DNA from: Octopus sinensis
Taxonomy: Eukaryota
Direction: 5' to 3'
NCBI RefSeq assembly: GCF_006345805.1
Contig: NC_042997.1
Coordinates: 64,914,001 to 64,978,000 of the forward strand
Length of the DNA: 64,000 nucleotides
Each line of letters opens with the position of its first letter. Position 1 is the stretch's first letter. The position numbers were made by a program, and so were the translations under genes. Positions 26,831 to 39,152 of the stretch are shown piece by piece. Below the pieces are notes generated by a model. It ran no database searches. It was not told the origin of the DNA and was given only the letters and a program-made list of their open reading frames with translations.

Positions 26831-27886
26831 AATTTACAGAATGTATGTATATATGTATGTATCCATGACTGTATGTAACCATGCACCTACGTAAATGCAC
26901 ATATGCATGTATATAGATGATAATCTGTATGTAGTAATTTGCACGCATATGTATATATGAATTTAAAACGTTTCTATAAAGATATTTGTCTAAAAGAAAA
27001 AAATCTCAACAAACTATATTCGAACCCTTAGGTCGTCTTTTCAGTATTTGCTATACTCCAAGATATGTGTATTAAAGCACGTTATATGTGTACTAATTTC
27101 CTTATTTAGAAATATTTTACAATGGACTAATGTTGATTTCAATAAGAAACGATGTGAATTTCGAGGTCTGTTTATATTTTTCTCTATTAATGTGTTAACT
27201 TAAGTCTCTACTAAATGTATTTGAATCTTTTTGGTATTCGTTTAGCGTAACTAATTGATATGAATTGAAATGGTCTTCTGTTAATTGCACACAAACTTAA
27301 TTAATCCTCTGAGAACACACACCGATATGTACTTCAAAGGAAGGTGTTTTAACTAAGCTGCTCATATTTCATTTAATACACGAAAGATGACATTCAAATA
27401 TTCCTGTCATTCATGTGATGCACATGAGAAATGCGTGAATCTCTTCCACGTAAACTGTTATGTTCATAAGGGACTTTATTCATTGATTGTATAACCAAAT
27501 CGTTGAAATCTAGGTTATTTGTAAATGTTTAATGACTTCTGCATTTTAAATGATAGAGAAAAATTACCGAATTGATAAAAATCAGTAATCAAGTTAGTGT
27601 GGAATCACAGTTACTGCAGATAATCGTCAAGACAAGTGTTATAAATGAAGGAAATTATAGATAAATTATAATCAAGAGTAAGGTTTCATTCATACCTTGC
27701 GGATTCACTGGAATGCATTTTCTATAATCATATTACTGATTATTTCACAGAAATATAGCATAATTTTCCTACATTTTTATTTCGTTGAAAATACACTTCA
27801 GCTATATTTATATATCTCTACGTACAATTCTCAGTCAGTATACACGTGAAGTAACACCCACACGCAAATGAAACATGTCTACGCAA

Positions 27887-28289
27887 TCTATATATATATA
27901 AAACTAAGAATGTGTGGGGGTTGTGTGTGTGTGTGTGTCTATGTGTGTGTGTGTGTATAAACCTTCAGAACTTCTAAAGTTCGCAACTTACGAGTATTTC
28001 CTCCAAACTGAGAACATACATTACTTATGTTACAGATATGGTCTTACACTCTACCAATTTTTGATATAATGAATAATGAAGCCCCTGGGAGTATAAAACC
28101 CCCTTCCCTATGGTGGGTACGTACGACTGCCCGCATGGTCCACGCATTGCTTCTGTTCAAACTTGAAAAAGCAACTACTGAAATTATATAAGTATTAAAT
28201 GGATGAACCAATGTAGACTTCAAATCGCGTTGTCTAAGGGGTAGCAATAATAGCCTGCTCCCGCAATAGCATAGGTAGCAATTAGCTGG
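27887..28289 (+). mobile_element. Non-autonomous Helitron-like element
   Basis: Starts A|TCTATATATATATAAAACTAAG with internal (GT)n. Ends with a degenerate hairpin CTGCTCCCGCAATAGCATAGGTAGCA followed by CTGG. Confidence 0.55.
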
Positions 28290-28470
28290 AATAAAAGCCG
28301 TTTGGAACGCTCTATGCTTATTATGAAAATATGCTAACGTAAGTTAAATCCTATTTTCTCTTCACTTCATTATCAATGTCTTCCTTATAAGCATAGACAA
28401 AGCCAATAGAAATATTCTTCACCTACTGATTACAAACCGAAATATTGCATGTATATTAATCTTTTAATTT

Positions 28471-28659
28471 GGAAGCACTCCGTCGGTTACGACGACGAGG
28501 GTTCCGGTTGATCCGATCAACAGAACAGCCTGCTCGTGAAATTAACGTGTAAGTGGCTGAGCTGTCCACAGACACGTGTACCCTTAACACAGTTCTCGGG
28601 GATATTCAGCGTGACACAGAGAGTGACAAGGCCGGCCCTTTGAAACACAGGTACAACAG
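28471..28659 (+). mobile_element. SINE/retroposon insertion with a 13-bp target-site duplication
   Basis: AATCTTTTAATTT occurs at 28458-28470 and 28660-28672, flanking GGAAGCACTCCGTCGGTTACGACGACGAGGG...CAGGTACAACAG. Confidence 0.85.
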
Positions 28660-28682
28660 AATCTTTTAATTTATGGTGTCTA

Positions 28683-29040
28683 AGACCCAACAACGTTAGT
28701 TAGAGACGGTGTCCTTTTTGTGACCTTGCGAGCTTGGATGCAGAATTGTTTCCATTTGGGATTTGAGTTGTTTTCACAATGATCGCATGCTGTTTATGTG
28801 AAGGTGTTCACGGTTGAGCCACGACTATTGATTCCCAACAACGCCAGCAGCCCAATTTCACGGGATCCCACCACGTTTGTTAGGGTCCATGTCCTTAATA
28901 TGACCTTGCGTACCCCGACGCTGCATGCAGAATTACTTTCGTTTGGGAGCTGACTTGTCCTCACAATAATCATCGCACGCTGTGTACGCGAAGGGGTACA
29001 CAGTTGAACCACGACTATTGGTTCCCAACAGAAATATCGC
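28683..29040. repeat. Two diverged ~180-bp tandem units
   Basis: TGACCTTGCG...ATGCAGAATT...TTTGGGA...TCACAAT...ATCGCA.GCTG...CCACGACTATTG.TTCCCAACA occurs twice. Confidence 0.65.
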
Positions 29041-31341
29041 ATGACTGTGTTGTTTTCAAGCGCTTCTTTGCCAATCCTACCCACCTTTAAACGTCATTAC
29101 TTTCATTAAGGTTTCTCTCATGTGGTACTGTTCAGCGCGTCCGCAGGCTTCATCTATAACGTATATGTACTTCCTATGAGTGTTGACTGTTGAGCGCGGT
29201 AGCAGCAGCGCCGACATCCGCAAAGGAGAGTATATCCACTGACAGCTTTTTGGTGCATTCAAACATCACATTCCTATCACTCACTTTTCCTTGACAAGAT
29301 TAGGGCTTGAAATCTTCCAGACAGATGCATGACACTTAGTCTAATTAGCCGTTCATTTACTCCAGAAATACTCTGTTGTAAATGCTGCGCTTCCCTGTAT
29401 CTTATGCTTCAACTTAATACCATATATGCAAACTATGCCATTTAAATCCCGAGCAACGCTGAGTATGATAGTTTTATATAAATCTGCGCGTGTGTGTGTG
29501 TTTGTGTGTCTCGCTGTGTGTGCCTGCGCGCTTGTGCGCGTGCGTGTGTCTGTGTGTGCGTGTGGTGTGAACATGTGCGTGCGTGGATACGTATGTATTA
29601 ATGTATGCATATAAAGTGCGAGAGAGAGAGGAGGAGGAGATTATTGGCAGAGAGATAAACACACATACATATCTATATGGATTTCTCTCTCCCTATGCCT
29701 ATATGTACATATACATATATTCATATGTAAATACAGACACAGATATGAATACATGTCTGTATGTATGTGTGCGTGTGCATATGTATATATTACAGTCTTG
29801 CATACTTATATGCATAAAAACATATATGTATATAATTTAGTAAATTTACATTAACAGCACATCACTGGACAATTTTTAGAGTTATTTACCTTATCAGATG
29901 TGTCTTTCCCTTGATAAGAAACTGGGAGGTCTCCAATAACTTTCTGGTCTTGCTGGATTATTATAACTGTATATTCAAGATAAGATGCATCCTAAGTAAT
30001 TTCAGCGTCCCATAAAAGACGATCTAAACGCCTTGTTTACATCAGCTTTTAACTGCGGATTTTTAGTAAAATGTTTGTTGCCTAAATTATATTTCAAGTT
30101 CAACTATAACACAGTGTTAAATACAATTGTTGAATTAGTACATTCAACTTGTTTGATCATGTTCTGTTAAGTGAATTAGATTAAGTTGCGTTTCTAATTT
30201 CATCATGCATTTAATAGCTTGTAATTTATAGGTTCGTCCATAGAAAGAGGTTGTGTACTTCATCATACCTGCAAATATAACGAATACAAACATTAATCAG
30301 AAAACTCGAACTTCAATTTTTCACTGCTAGAATAAAATAAGTTTGCTTATGAAGCTATTCCTAACGTTATATTTCATTTTACTCAAAACACTTTGTATTG
30401 TTCAGTAAGTTTATTAAATGATAGTTATTTTCACCGCCGGCACTTCTATGCAATGCACCCAATGAATTTACTTGCATGTTATTTTCTATACAATTGTATT
30501 TATATTCTATACAACATTATTAAGTATGAGCTTCTTCTTTCTACATGGACAGAAGCTAAGTATGTTTCTCCAATAACATTCTAAAAAAATGTGCTAAAAT
30601 TTGATGAGGTAGATCTTGTTTCAGTTGTCCTATATGGGACAAAAAAATTGCTTGTGACTTTCATTTCATGAAGCAGCCGAAAGTGCGTCTGATAAGTATA
30701 TATACATAACCTCATCTAATAGCCAATGTCAAAAGAATTTAATTTTCGATTTATTTCCGTGTTGGAAGGTACAATTGCTTTCTAGAAACACGAATGCAAA
30801 CCGTACTGAAGACGATATTTCTCTGCACTTATTGAACGATGGCTAAGTTAACCACAGACATTTCATCTTACTTCGCTAAACAACGATAATATATATTTCA
30901 GAATTATTTTATATTGATTCTTACTGATATTGATAGTTAGCATTCAGTAAATACTATTGATCCTGCAAGCAACGTTAAAATATTTCATAACAGTCGTTAC
31001 ATTTGTCTAGAATTACTGCTCAAATAAGCAGAACTGTCTTCTACACAGCCTACCCAATGATGAAGACCTGATATACTATTTTTTTTAGTATTATAATGCA
31101 GCGTCTTCTATATTCATATGTGGAAACAAACGCATTATGTGGAAATGAATACGTTAGTTGCATACTATGTACAAATAAGTTATTTCATCCTGTATTCGCA
31201 TATATGCACACTTGTTAGTTCTATATATTCCATATGATACCAATAAATCGATGAAATACTTCAGGAGAGAATTGTAGATATTTAAAATATACACCAGCTC
31301 ATACGTATGTACATGTACACATACACACGTACATGCATACA

Positions 31342-31396
<55 letters not shown>

Positions 31397-31434
31397 GCGT
31401 GCGTGTGTGCGTATGAAATATGCATACATATATA

Positions 31435-31654
31435 CGACAGTTTGCTGAGAAGTTCCTGGCTTTCAGCAAAAGAAAATACGGAAAGATAAGTTAATTATAA
31501 CTTTATTCAACATGGTCTCCTCTCAGTTTCACACGCTTATTACAGCAGCCCGTCAGCTTTTCTAAGCCTTGTATAAGAACTCGGAAGTTTGGTCCTCCAA
31601 CCAGGCCTTTCTCAACACCCTAAATGTGAGAATCTTTTCAGCTCTTCCCACTCA
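31435..31654. mobile_element. Mariner-type MITE
   Basis: Imperfect TIRs TA|CGACAGTTTGCTGAGAAGTTCC and GAATCTTTTCAGC...CTCA|TA. Confidence 0.55.
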
Positions 31655-31687
31655 TACATATACATACACTCACCCAGCCCTCATAGG

Positions 31688-31743
<56 letters not shown>

Positions 31744-33095
31744 GCGAGATAAATGAATGTTATAATACATATATCGTTTCAAGATGGATCGTGTAATATG
31801 AATGTAGTTGTGCATATGCCTAATAATACATCTTAGCAAAATCTATAGCCTAGAATATCAGTTCAACGGATGCTTGCCCTTCTCGTTGTGCGAATTTTCT
31901 TCGGCTAATTCTTTCGCGTTCTCTCCATCATCGTGAAAATCTTCATTATATTCCTAGTAAATACAGCTGCATGAGATACTAATTTTTTACCTGAAAATGT
32001 TATTCATGTAATCTACCACGTAAGATACATAAATCTATGGGAGGTTTTAAATTAGTACTTATCGAAAACACTTATGAGCAAATACATTCCATCCGTGACA
32101 ATCGAGACTTTTCTAACTAGGTTATCAGATGCCTGATTCTCTATGGTATTAGTTCGCTATTTGCCGGAAATTTGGTTATTACTGTGTAGCAGGGTAAGCC
32201 ACCGCATATAGATTCTTTCGTTGTTTCGTTAAACCTATATTAGAGTGCATTGTAAAAGAATATGGAGAATTGTACAACTATTCATATTTTACAGTTACAT
32301 ACAGCATATATACAGATAAGAACAAAGCTGTATAATTTAAATAAATTATACGCATGGAGATCGTTATAAAGTTAGTATATTTACATATACATAGCTGTAG
32401 AAATATTTATGATGTCCGAGAGATAATTTATTTTGCAGAGCAACTAAATGAGATTCATTGTGTCTACATATATGACGTTTATATTTATAAGACCAATTAT
32501 TTAGCAATGGAGAATCACATCTGTCTATTCAGTGATAGTTTCGGAGGAAATATGTTCTACTATAAAGGATGTCAATATATATGCTGCACATGAATATAAA
32601 ATAAAAATAGTGTATGTACAAGTCTCCATACTCTTTATTATTATTATTAATATTATTATACACTCTAATAACCTTTACAGTGCTGAGTAGGACATACGAA
32701 ATTACCCAGAGGAGAATTTACCGATGACTAACAGCCCATTGTAAGCACCGGCATTAGATACTAACCATTTTCTTCAGTCGGCATCTGGAACCAACAAACA
32801 GCTAACACGCTAATCCGCTTGAATATTATATACATAAGAAGAGAAAATGGAGATTAGGAAGTTAATAATTGCGTATTTTTAACGGCAAATTTGTTAGTAA
32901 TAAACAATTATTAACTTCTTAATCTCCATTTTCTTTTCTTCTTTTAAATGAATATAAACTATGTTTTTATATATACCTACTATTTTAAGGAAATTCATTC
33001 CTTAAAAATACTAGGTATTGAATCAATGTTTCATTGGAAGAAACTATCCCTTCATGCGGTTTCCAGATCCTCTAATTAAATTATATATATATATA

Positions 33096-33218
33096 CGAGG
33101 GATGTCTGAAAAGTCTTGACCCTCAAAACAACAAAACATGATACAAGACTTCTGTTGAAGGTAGAATACTTCAAGGCATAGAGTCCTTGAAGGCTCAACA
33201 CTTTTCATACAACACTCG
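33096..33218. mobile_element. Short mariner-type MITE
   Basis: TA|CGAGGGATGTCTGAAAAGT ... ACTTTTCATACAACACTCG|TA gives TIRs with a TA duplication. Confidence 0.7.
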
Positions 33219-33335
<117 letters not shown>

Positions 33336-33377
33336 GTGTGTGTAGATGGATAGATAGATAGATAGACAGATAGATAC

Positions 33378-33444
<67 letters not shown>

Positions 33445-34643
33445 CATAGACAGATAGATAGTGAGAAAGAGAGAGAGAGGAGCATTTTAATAATACAAGG
33501 CAATATATATTACTAACATCTTTTATAGTACAGTATATTATCTCCGATAACTATCACTGGATACACAGTTGCAGTTCCCCATTGCTAAATAATTGGTTTA
33601 TAAATGTAAACGTCATATATTTAAACACAATGAAACTCCTTTAGTTGCTCCGCAAAATAAATTATATATCGGACGTTATGAATATTTCTACGGTTAAGTA
33701 TATGTAAATGTACTAACTTTATAACGAGCTCTATGTGTATAATTTACATGAATTATAGTGCTTTGTTCGCATTTATATAAATATTCTACTATGGTTCATA
33801 CTTTAATGTAACCAAATAACTATTGGTAATATAGAAAATATCTGAACACAACTAATGTTCATGTTTGCATATCACTAAACTAAAGCTGTCAGACTAGATG
33901 TTATAGATACCATGCTGATGTTCCTTCTAACTAGTAATCTGAGTCAAACGAATCTCATTTTTCTCTTCGTAGAAAGTTGCATAACTTTTAAATGGACGTT
34001 GGCAATATGTACCGACGACAGTGTTTCTCTGACTTTAATGAACTTTGGCTAACTTAACCACAGCCATTTCATCGTCTTTGACTAAACAATAGATAATTTA
34101 TACTTCAGGAAGAATTTAACTTGATTCATTGTGGTGTAACTTGTGCGTAGTCACTGAATATTATTGATCAAGCGAGCAATGTTAAAATATTTCATAATAG
34201 ATGTTATATTTGATTCGATTTGCAGCTCAAACAAACAAACTATCTTCTATTGACACAGGCCTGTGATAGTTTTTAAGAGAAAATATTTCATACATTAGTT
34301 ACAAGAACGAAAATAATTTTCTGGAGATGAATATTATTTTTAAAAGCTATGTACAAAGAATATATTGCACCGAGAATTCACTTAGACATTTTAGTTGTCA
34401 TTCCTTCATATGATGTAAATAGAGTAGAATTCTCAGGAGAAAATTAGCTGAACAACATGTTTAATCAATTTATATTCCGCAATTAACGATTACATAAATA
34501 ATTGTACTTTTAATTATATATCATAGAATTTAGCAATTAGTAGATGAAATTCTGGAAAACACTTTTGCAGTAATGCCAACGAGGGCAACTCAGATTAAAA
34601 AATTGCAGCCTTTAGTCTCGAACGGATATAAACATATACATGG

Positions 34644-34699
<56 letters not shown>

Positions 34700-34724
34700 A
34701 TGAGCTTTCATACGAGTAAAAATT

Positions 34725-34764
<40 letters not shown>

Positions 34765-34769
<5 letters not shown>

Positions 34770-34955
34770 GTTTTGGATTTGGTTTGCAAGATACTTTATG
34801 TGAGTTCGTGTGCTGAAGTATATTTTGTTGTGTCTGGAGAGAGTCATTTTCTTTTAGTACCTTACTATTTAACACACTCACCGGTAAAGCTTCCACTCAT
34901 TTACTTATGTATTTTTCGTAAAATTTTCGTTGAGTCTAGCAACCTTTTCAGTGTG
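34765..34955 (-). mobile_element. Short Penelope pLTR-like repeat with a degenerate hammerhead-like motif
   Basis: CAAGATACTTTATGTGAGTTCGTGTGCTGAAG resembles 57341-57375 next to the PLE end. Minus strand has CTGAAAAG-GTTG..CAAC-GAAA at about 34915-34952. Confidence 0.45.
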
Positions 34956-35571
34956 TTTGCGGGGGGCAGTGTGTGTGTGTGTGCATGCACATGTATGTAT
35001 GTATACATTCATACATACACGGTTCTTTTGGTCAAATTATCGTATCTCCAGCTGCTTCAGGTGCCAAGGTATCAAAGATTGTCAAAGCGGAGTACAACGG
35101 TTTTACTATAGAATGGCGAAACTAATTTTTCGTTTTCTGATAAAACAACGTTTTGGACTTACGATACTTTTGCATATTAACAACGATATATGCTGAGTGA
35201 ATTAAACTATCTATTTGGAGATGAACTCGCTAATCGATACTGTATTATAAAGTATAATAATGAATGAACTTGAGCTGAATAAACCGAATACTAATCATAT
35301 AACAGAATCAAGTTAATCTTACACTCCCTTCCAAACAGAGTTATGATACTGTTAGAGCCCGAAACTGAAGTATCCTCTCTCTTAGTATAAATCTCGTTTG
35401 TGGCGATTTTGCATTTAAGCGTAGTGGAATCTATAAAATTACTATATTTGGATTTAGTGAAATTCATCCATCGATTTATGAAAAATTCATAAAACTTTCT
35501 TGTAAAACAAAAATATGAATGTTCAATATGTTGCCCTTGCATTTAGTACTTAAGACTGCTTCAGTTCTTTC

Positions 35572-35585
35572 AAGTAGTAGTAGTT

Positions 35586-35628
<43 letters not shown>

Positions 35629-35689
35629 CAGCAGCAGTAGCAGTAGTAGTAGTAGTAGTAGTAGTATCAGCAGCAGCACTAGCAACAGT

Positions 35690-35721
<32 letters not shown>

Positions 35722-35765
35722 TAGTAGTGGTAGTGGTGGTAGTAGTAGTAGTAGTAGTTGTAGTT
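35572..35765. repeat. (AGT)n/(AGC)n microsatellite
   Basis: Read directly from the sequence. Confidence 0.95.
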
Positions 35766-37446
35766 TAGCTTTGAAAGGACGTGATTGAGTATAGCAATCA
35801 GCATCGATATTCCGGCCATTTACCCTACTCAACTCGTTAGGGTTATCCAAAGCTTCGTCATATAATGCATCATTACATTTTTGGAAGGCGGTTGAAAGTA
35901 ATTTAAAACAGATTTTATCTCATTGATCATGCAGCTATAATTTGTTAAATAGTATCATCATTCGTCAATTTTAAAACTGCTCGCCAAAGTACTGTCAGCC
36001 GTTACGTAATGCAGGCAGAAGTTTCTCACGCGGCAATTATACAAAGCAGGTACTACTATGCAACGAAAAAGTCGTAGGAATAATTTCTTCTTTTTACAGT
36101 CTTTCTGCTATGTAAGTTTTATCGTTTCACTTAGTCTTGCATCATTTACTAGTTTGAAATTCTGAATTAAATTGACAAAAGGAGATTAAGATACATTTGC
36201 TTTATTTGTACTACATACCTATTATGGTTATGTATATGTGGTTTATATTCATTTGTTTTTGCCGTTTCTAAATTCACTTTCTTTTTTCATATATTTTTTC
36301 AAATATTAAACTGAAATTTAAAATATTTTTTGCTTTAAAATTTTTCACTTTTACATGGAAACTAATTCATACTTTTGGTGATTAGCTGTACTCTATTAAA
36401 TGTCTGGTATTTGGTTTATTGACCTGCAAATTCATATAATATAAAGCTGTTCCCTAAAAAATTTCAACCTGCAGAAACTCAATTAAACGAACTCACGTTT
36501 CAACTAACGCAATTGTATAAAATATTGCAATGTAAGAAATACATAGCCTGAAATTTCACACTGAAATTTATGACTGATTTATGCTCTCCCGACTTAACAA
36601 ATAAAATTTATTAAGTTTTCTTACATTAACATCTTTTATACATATTATTTCACTCAATGTTCATAGAATTCGTACAGATTCAAGTATTCTGTACGTGCTT
36701 TCTTTGAGAATGACCTACCGTTTAGAATGGAAATTAGTTATATACCTGCACATAACATGTTCGAGTAACAGTATTTATTTTATGTGAAGTTATATTTATT
36801 AATGCACAACATGCATTGTCATATATTTACAGTTATAGCTGAGTTCAGCAGAAAAATTAGAAGTTTGTGTGAGTTTACAGATTCTCTATACTTCCACTAC
36901 AGCAACTGTATCACACACACGCACGCACACACACACAATCACTCACACACACACACGCACACACAAATAAATAGTGTAGATATATACATATATATATATA
37001 TTATATATATATATATAAATATATATATAGTGTAGATGTCAAATTTAGGCAAACCAAATTATCATATATTTTTATATATTAAATTTTATAAATTCTGAAA
37101 TCAAAATGTACATTTTAAATGATGATATCGAACTCACTTAAATTCTTTCACTAAGATAATAGGCAAATTCTCGACATCATTAGCCACACATGTACATGAT
37201 CTTAAATCACAATACTTACAGTATACACTGACTTGGTTATAATAAAAGTATCTCCCCCTTACAATACAAAGATAAGCAAATGCTAGCTATATTTAAATTA
37301 GCTATTAATTATTCTCTGTCTACACAACTTCTCGATATTGAATAAGCTCTCCGACGCTGTCTACTCTTGCAAATATAGATTTTAATCAACATTTGCACAT
37401 TACGATTCTGGACAGAATCGAGAAGCAGCCACCACACCAATGAAGC

Positions 37447-38455
37447 CGCCTCCAACCACTCAAAAACACTTCCACTGTCTGGTCTTTTGTATTCTATAAT
37501 TACTCAGTATATCATTTCGGGGTCGATAAACAAAGTACTAGTTACGCACTGGGGTCGATGTAATCGACTTAATCCCTTTTTTCTGTCCTTGTTTGTCCCC
37601 TCTTTTTTTAGCCCCTTGTGGGCAATAAGGAAACTTTTTCTGAAAAATAAATCATTCCTCTCTCCTAACCATCTACCTATAGAGCCACCAGAAGCTTTAA
37701 CTTATTATATATTGTATCTCCGCCTCCAACCACTCAAAAATACTTCCACTCCCTGGTCTTTTACATTCTATAATTACTCAGTATATCATTTCGAGGTCGA
37801 TAAACAAAGTACTAGTTACGCACTGGGGTCGATGTAATCGACTTAATCCCTTTTTTCTGTCCTTGTTTGTCCCCTCATTTTTTAGCCCCTTGTGGGCAAT
37901 AAGGAAACTTTTTCTGAAAAATCAATCATTCCTCTCTCCTAACCATCTACCTATAGAGCCACCAGAAGCTTTAACTTATTATATATTGTATCTCCGCCTC
38001 CAACCACTCAAAAATACTTCCACTCCCTGGTCTTTTACATTCTATAATTACTCAGTATATCATTTCGAGGTCGATAAACAAAGTACTAGTTACGCACTGG
38101 GGTCGATGTAATCGACTTAATCCCTTTTTTCTGTCCTTGTTTGTCCCCTCTTTTTTTAGCCCCTTGTGGGCAATAAGGAAACTTTTTCTGAAAAATAAAT
38201 CATTCCTCTCTCCTAACCATCTACCTATAGAGCTACCAGAAGCTTTAACTTATTATATATTGTATCTCCGCCTCCAACCACTCAAAGATACTTCCACTCC
38301 CTGGTCTTTTGCATTCTATAATTACTCAGTATATCATTTCGGGGTCGATAAATAAAGTACTAGTTACGCACTGGGGTCGATCTAATCGACTTAATCCCTT
38401 TTTTCTGTCCTTGTTTGTCCCCTCTATGTTTAGCCCCTTGTGGGCATTAAGGAAA
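37447..38455 (+). repeat. Tandem array of a 274-bp unit (about 3.7 copies) containing a SINE 3' part
   Basis: CGCCTCCAACCACTCAAA starts at 37447, 37721, 37995 and 38269 (spacing 274). The copies are nearly identical. Confidence 0.95.
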
Positions 38456-38530
38456 AAAACATATAATTACTCAGTGGGTAATTCCCATTAGAAAAATGCA
38501 GTACATGTGAGTGTTTATAGAAATTTATTT

Positions 38531-38616
38531 TCCCTGATGAAGTAGGTGGTGACCAAAATGGCTGTAAATATCTTTTTTATGACTGAAAAACCGAACCCCC
38601 GGAAACGGCCGTAGGA
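38531..38616 (+). ncRNA. Hammerhead-like motif with a long, degenerate stem II
   Basis: TCC-CTGATGA-[about 60 nt]-GAAAC-GGCC-GTA-GGA, with palindromic loop GGCC. Lies in a pLTR-like AT-rich repeat (38460-38950). Confidence 0.55.
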
Positions 38617-38988
38617 TTATTAACAGGGTTAGTAACACCCAACGTTTTTATCTTATAGAGTATTAACTCTTTTTATCACATCGTTTTATAATCTGTAAGT
38701 CGACTTATGTATGTATATATTTTCTTCAATATATTTTTAATTTATACATCTTTGTATTTATATATTTTAATGTATTGATTACTCTATATATTTTTAATAT
38801 GTTTGCTGTATTGAATATATATTTGGAGAAATTCGTGCATTTTGTCTCGAGGGCTGAATGAATGTAAATATATATGTGAAATTGATTTGCTTAAATTTAA
38901 TTCTTATTTCTACATTATTCTAACGCTTCACGTTTGAATATGTGAAGCACTTCAAAGTAAAGACTATGCACTGGAGAAAATCTTTTTC

Positions 38989-39040
<52 letters not shown>

Positions 39041-39078
39041 GATATAGATATTCATGCACATAAGCATATACATATATA

Positions 39079-39152
<74 letters not shown>

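Noticed and set aside
29885-30275. Candidate minus-strand host exon (ttgcag|...|gtaaat)
   Set aside because: All frames examined contain stops and no domain was recognised. Splice-like motifs are common by chance.
37447-38455. 274-bp array as a CRISPR array or retrozyme multimer, and its repeated ORFs as genes
   Set aside because: There are no unique spacers, the context is eukaryotic, no hammerhead core was found in the unit, and the ORFs derive from SINE sequence.
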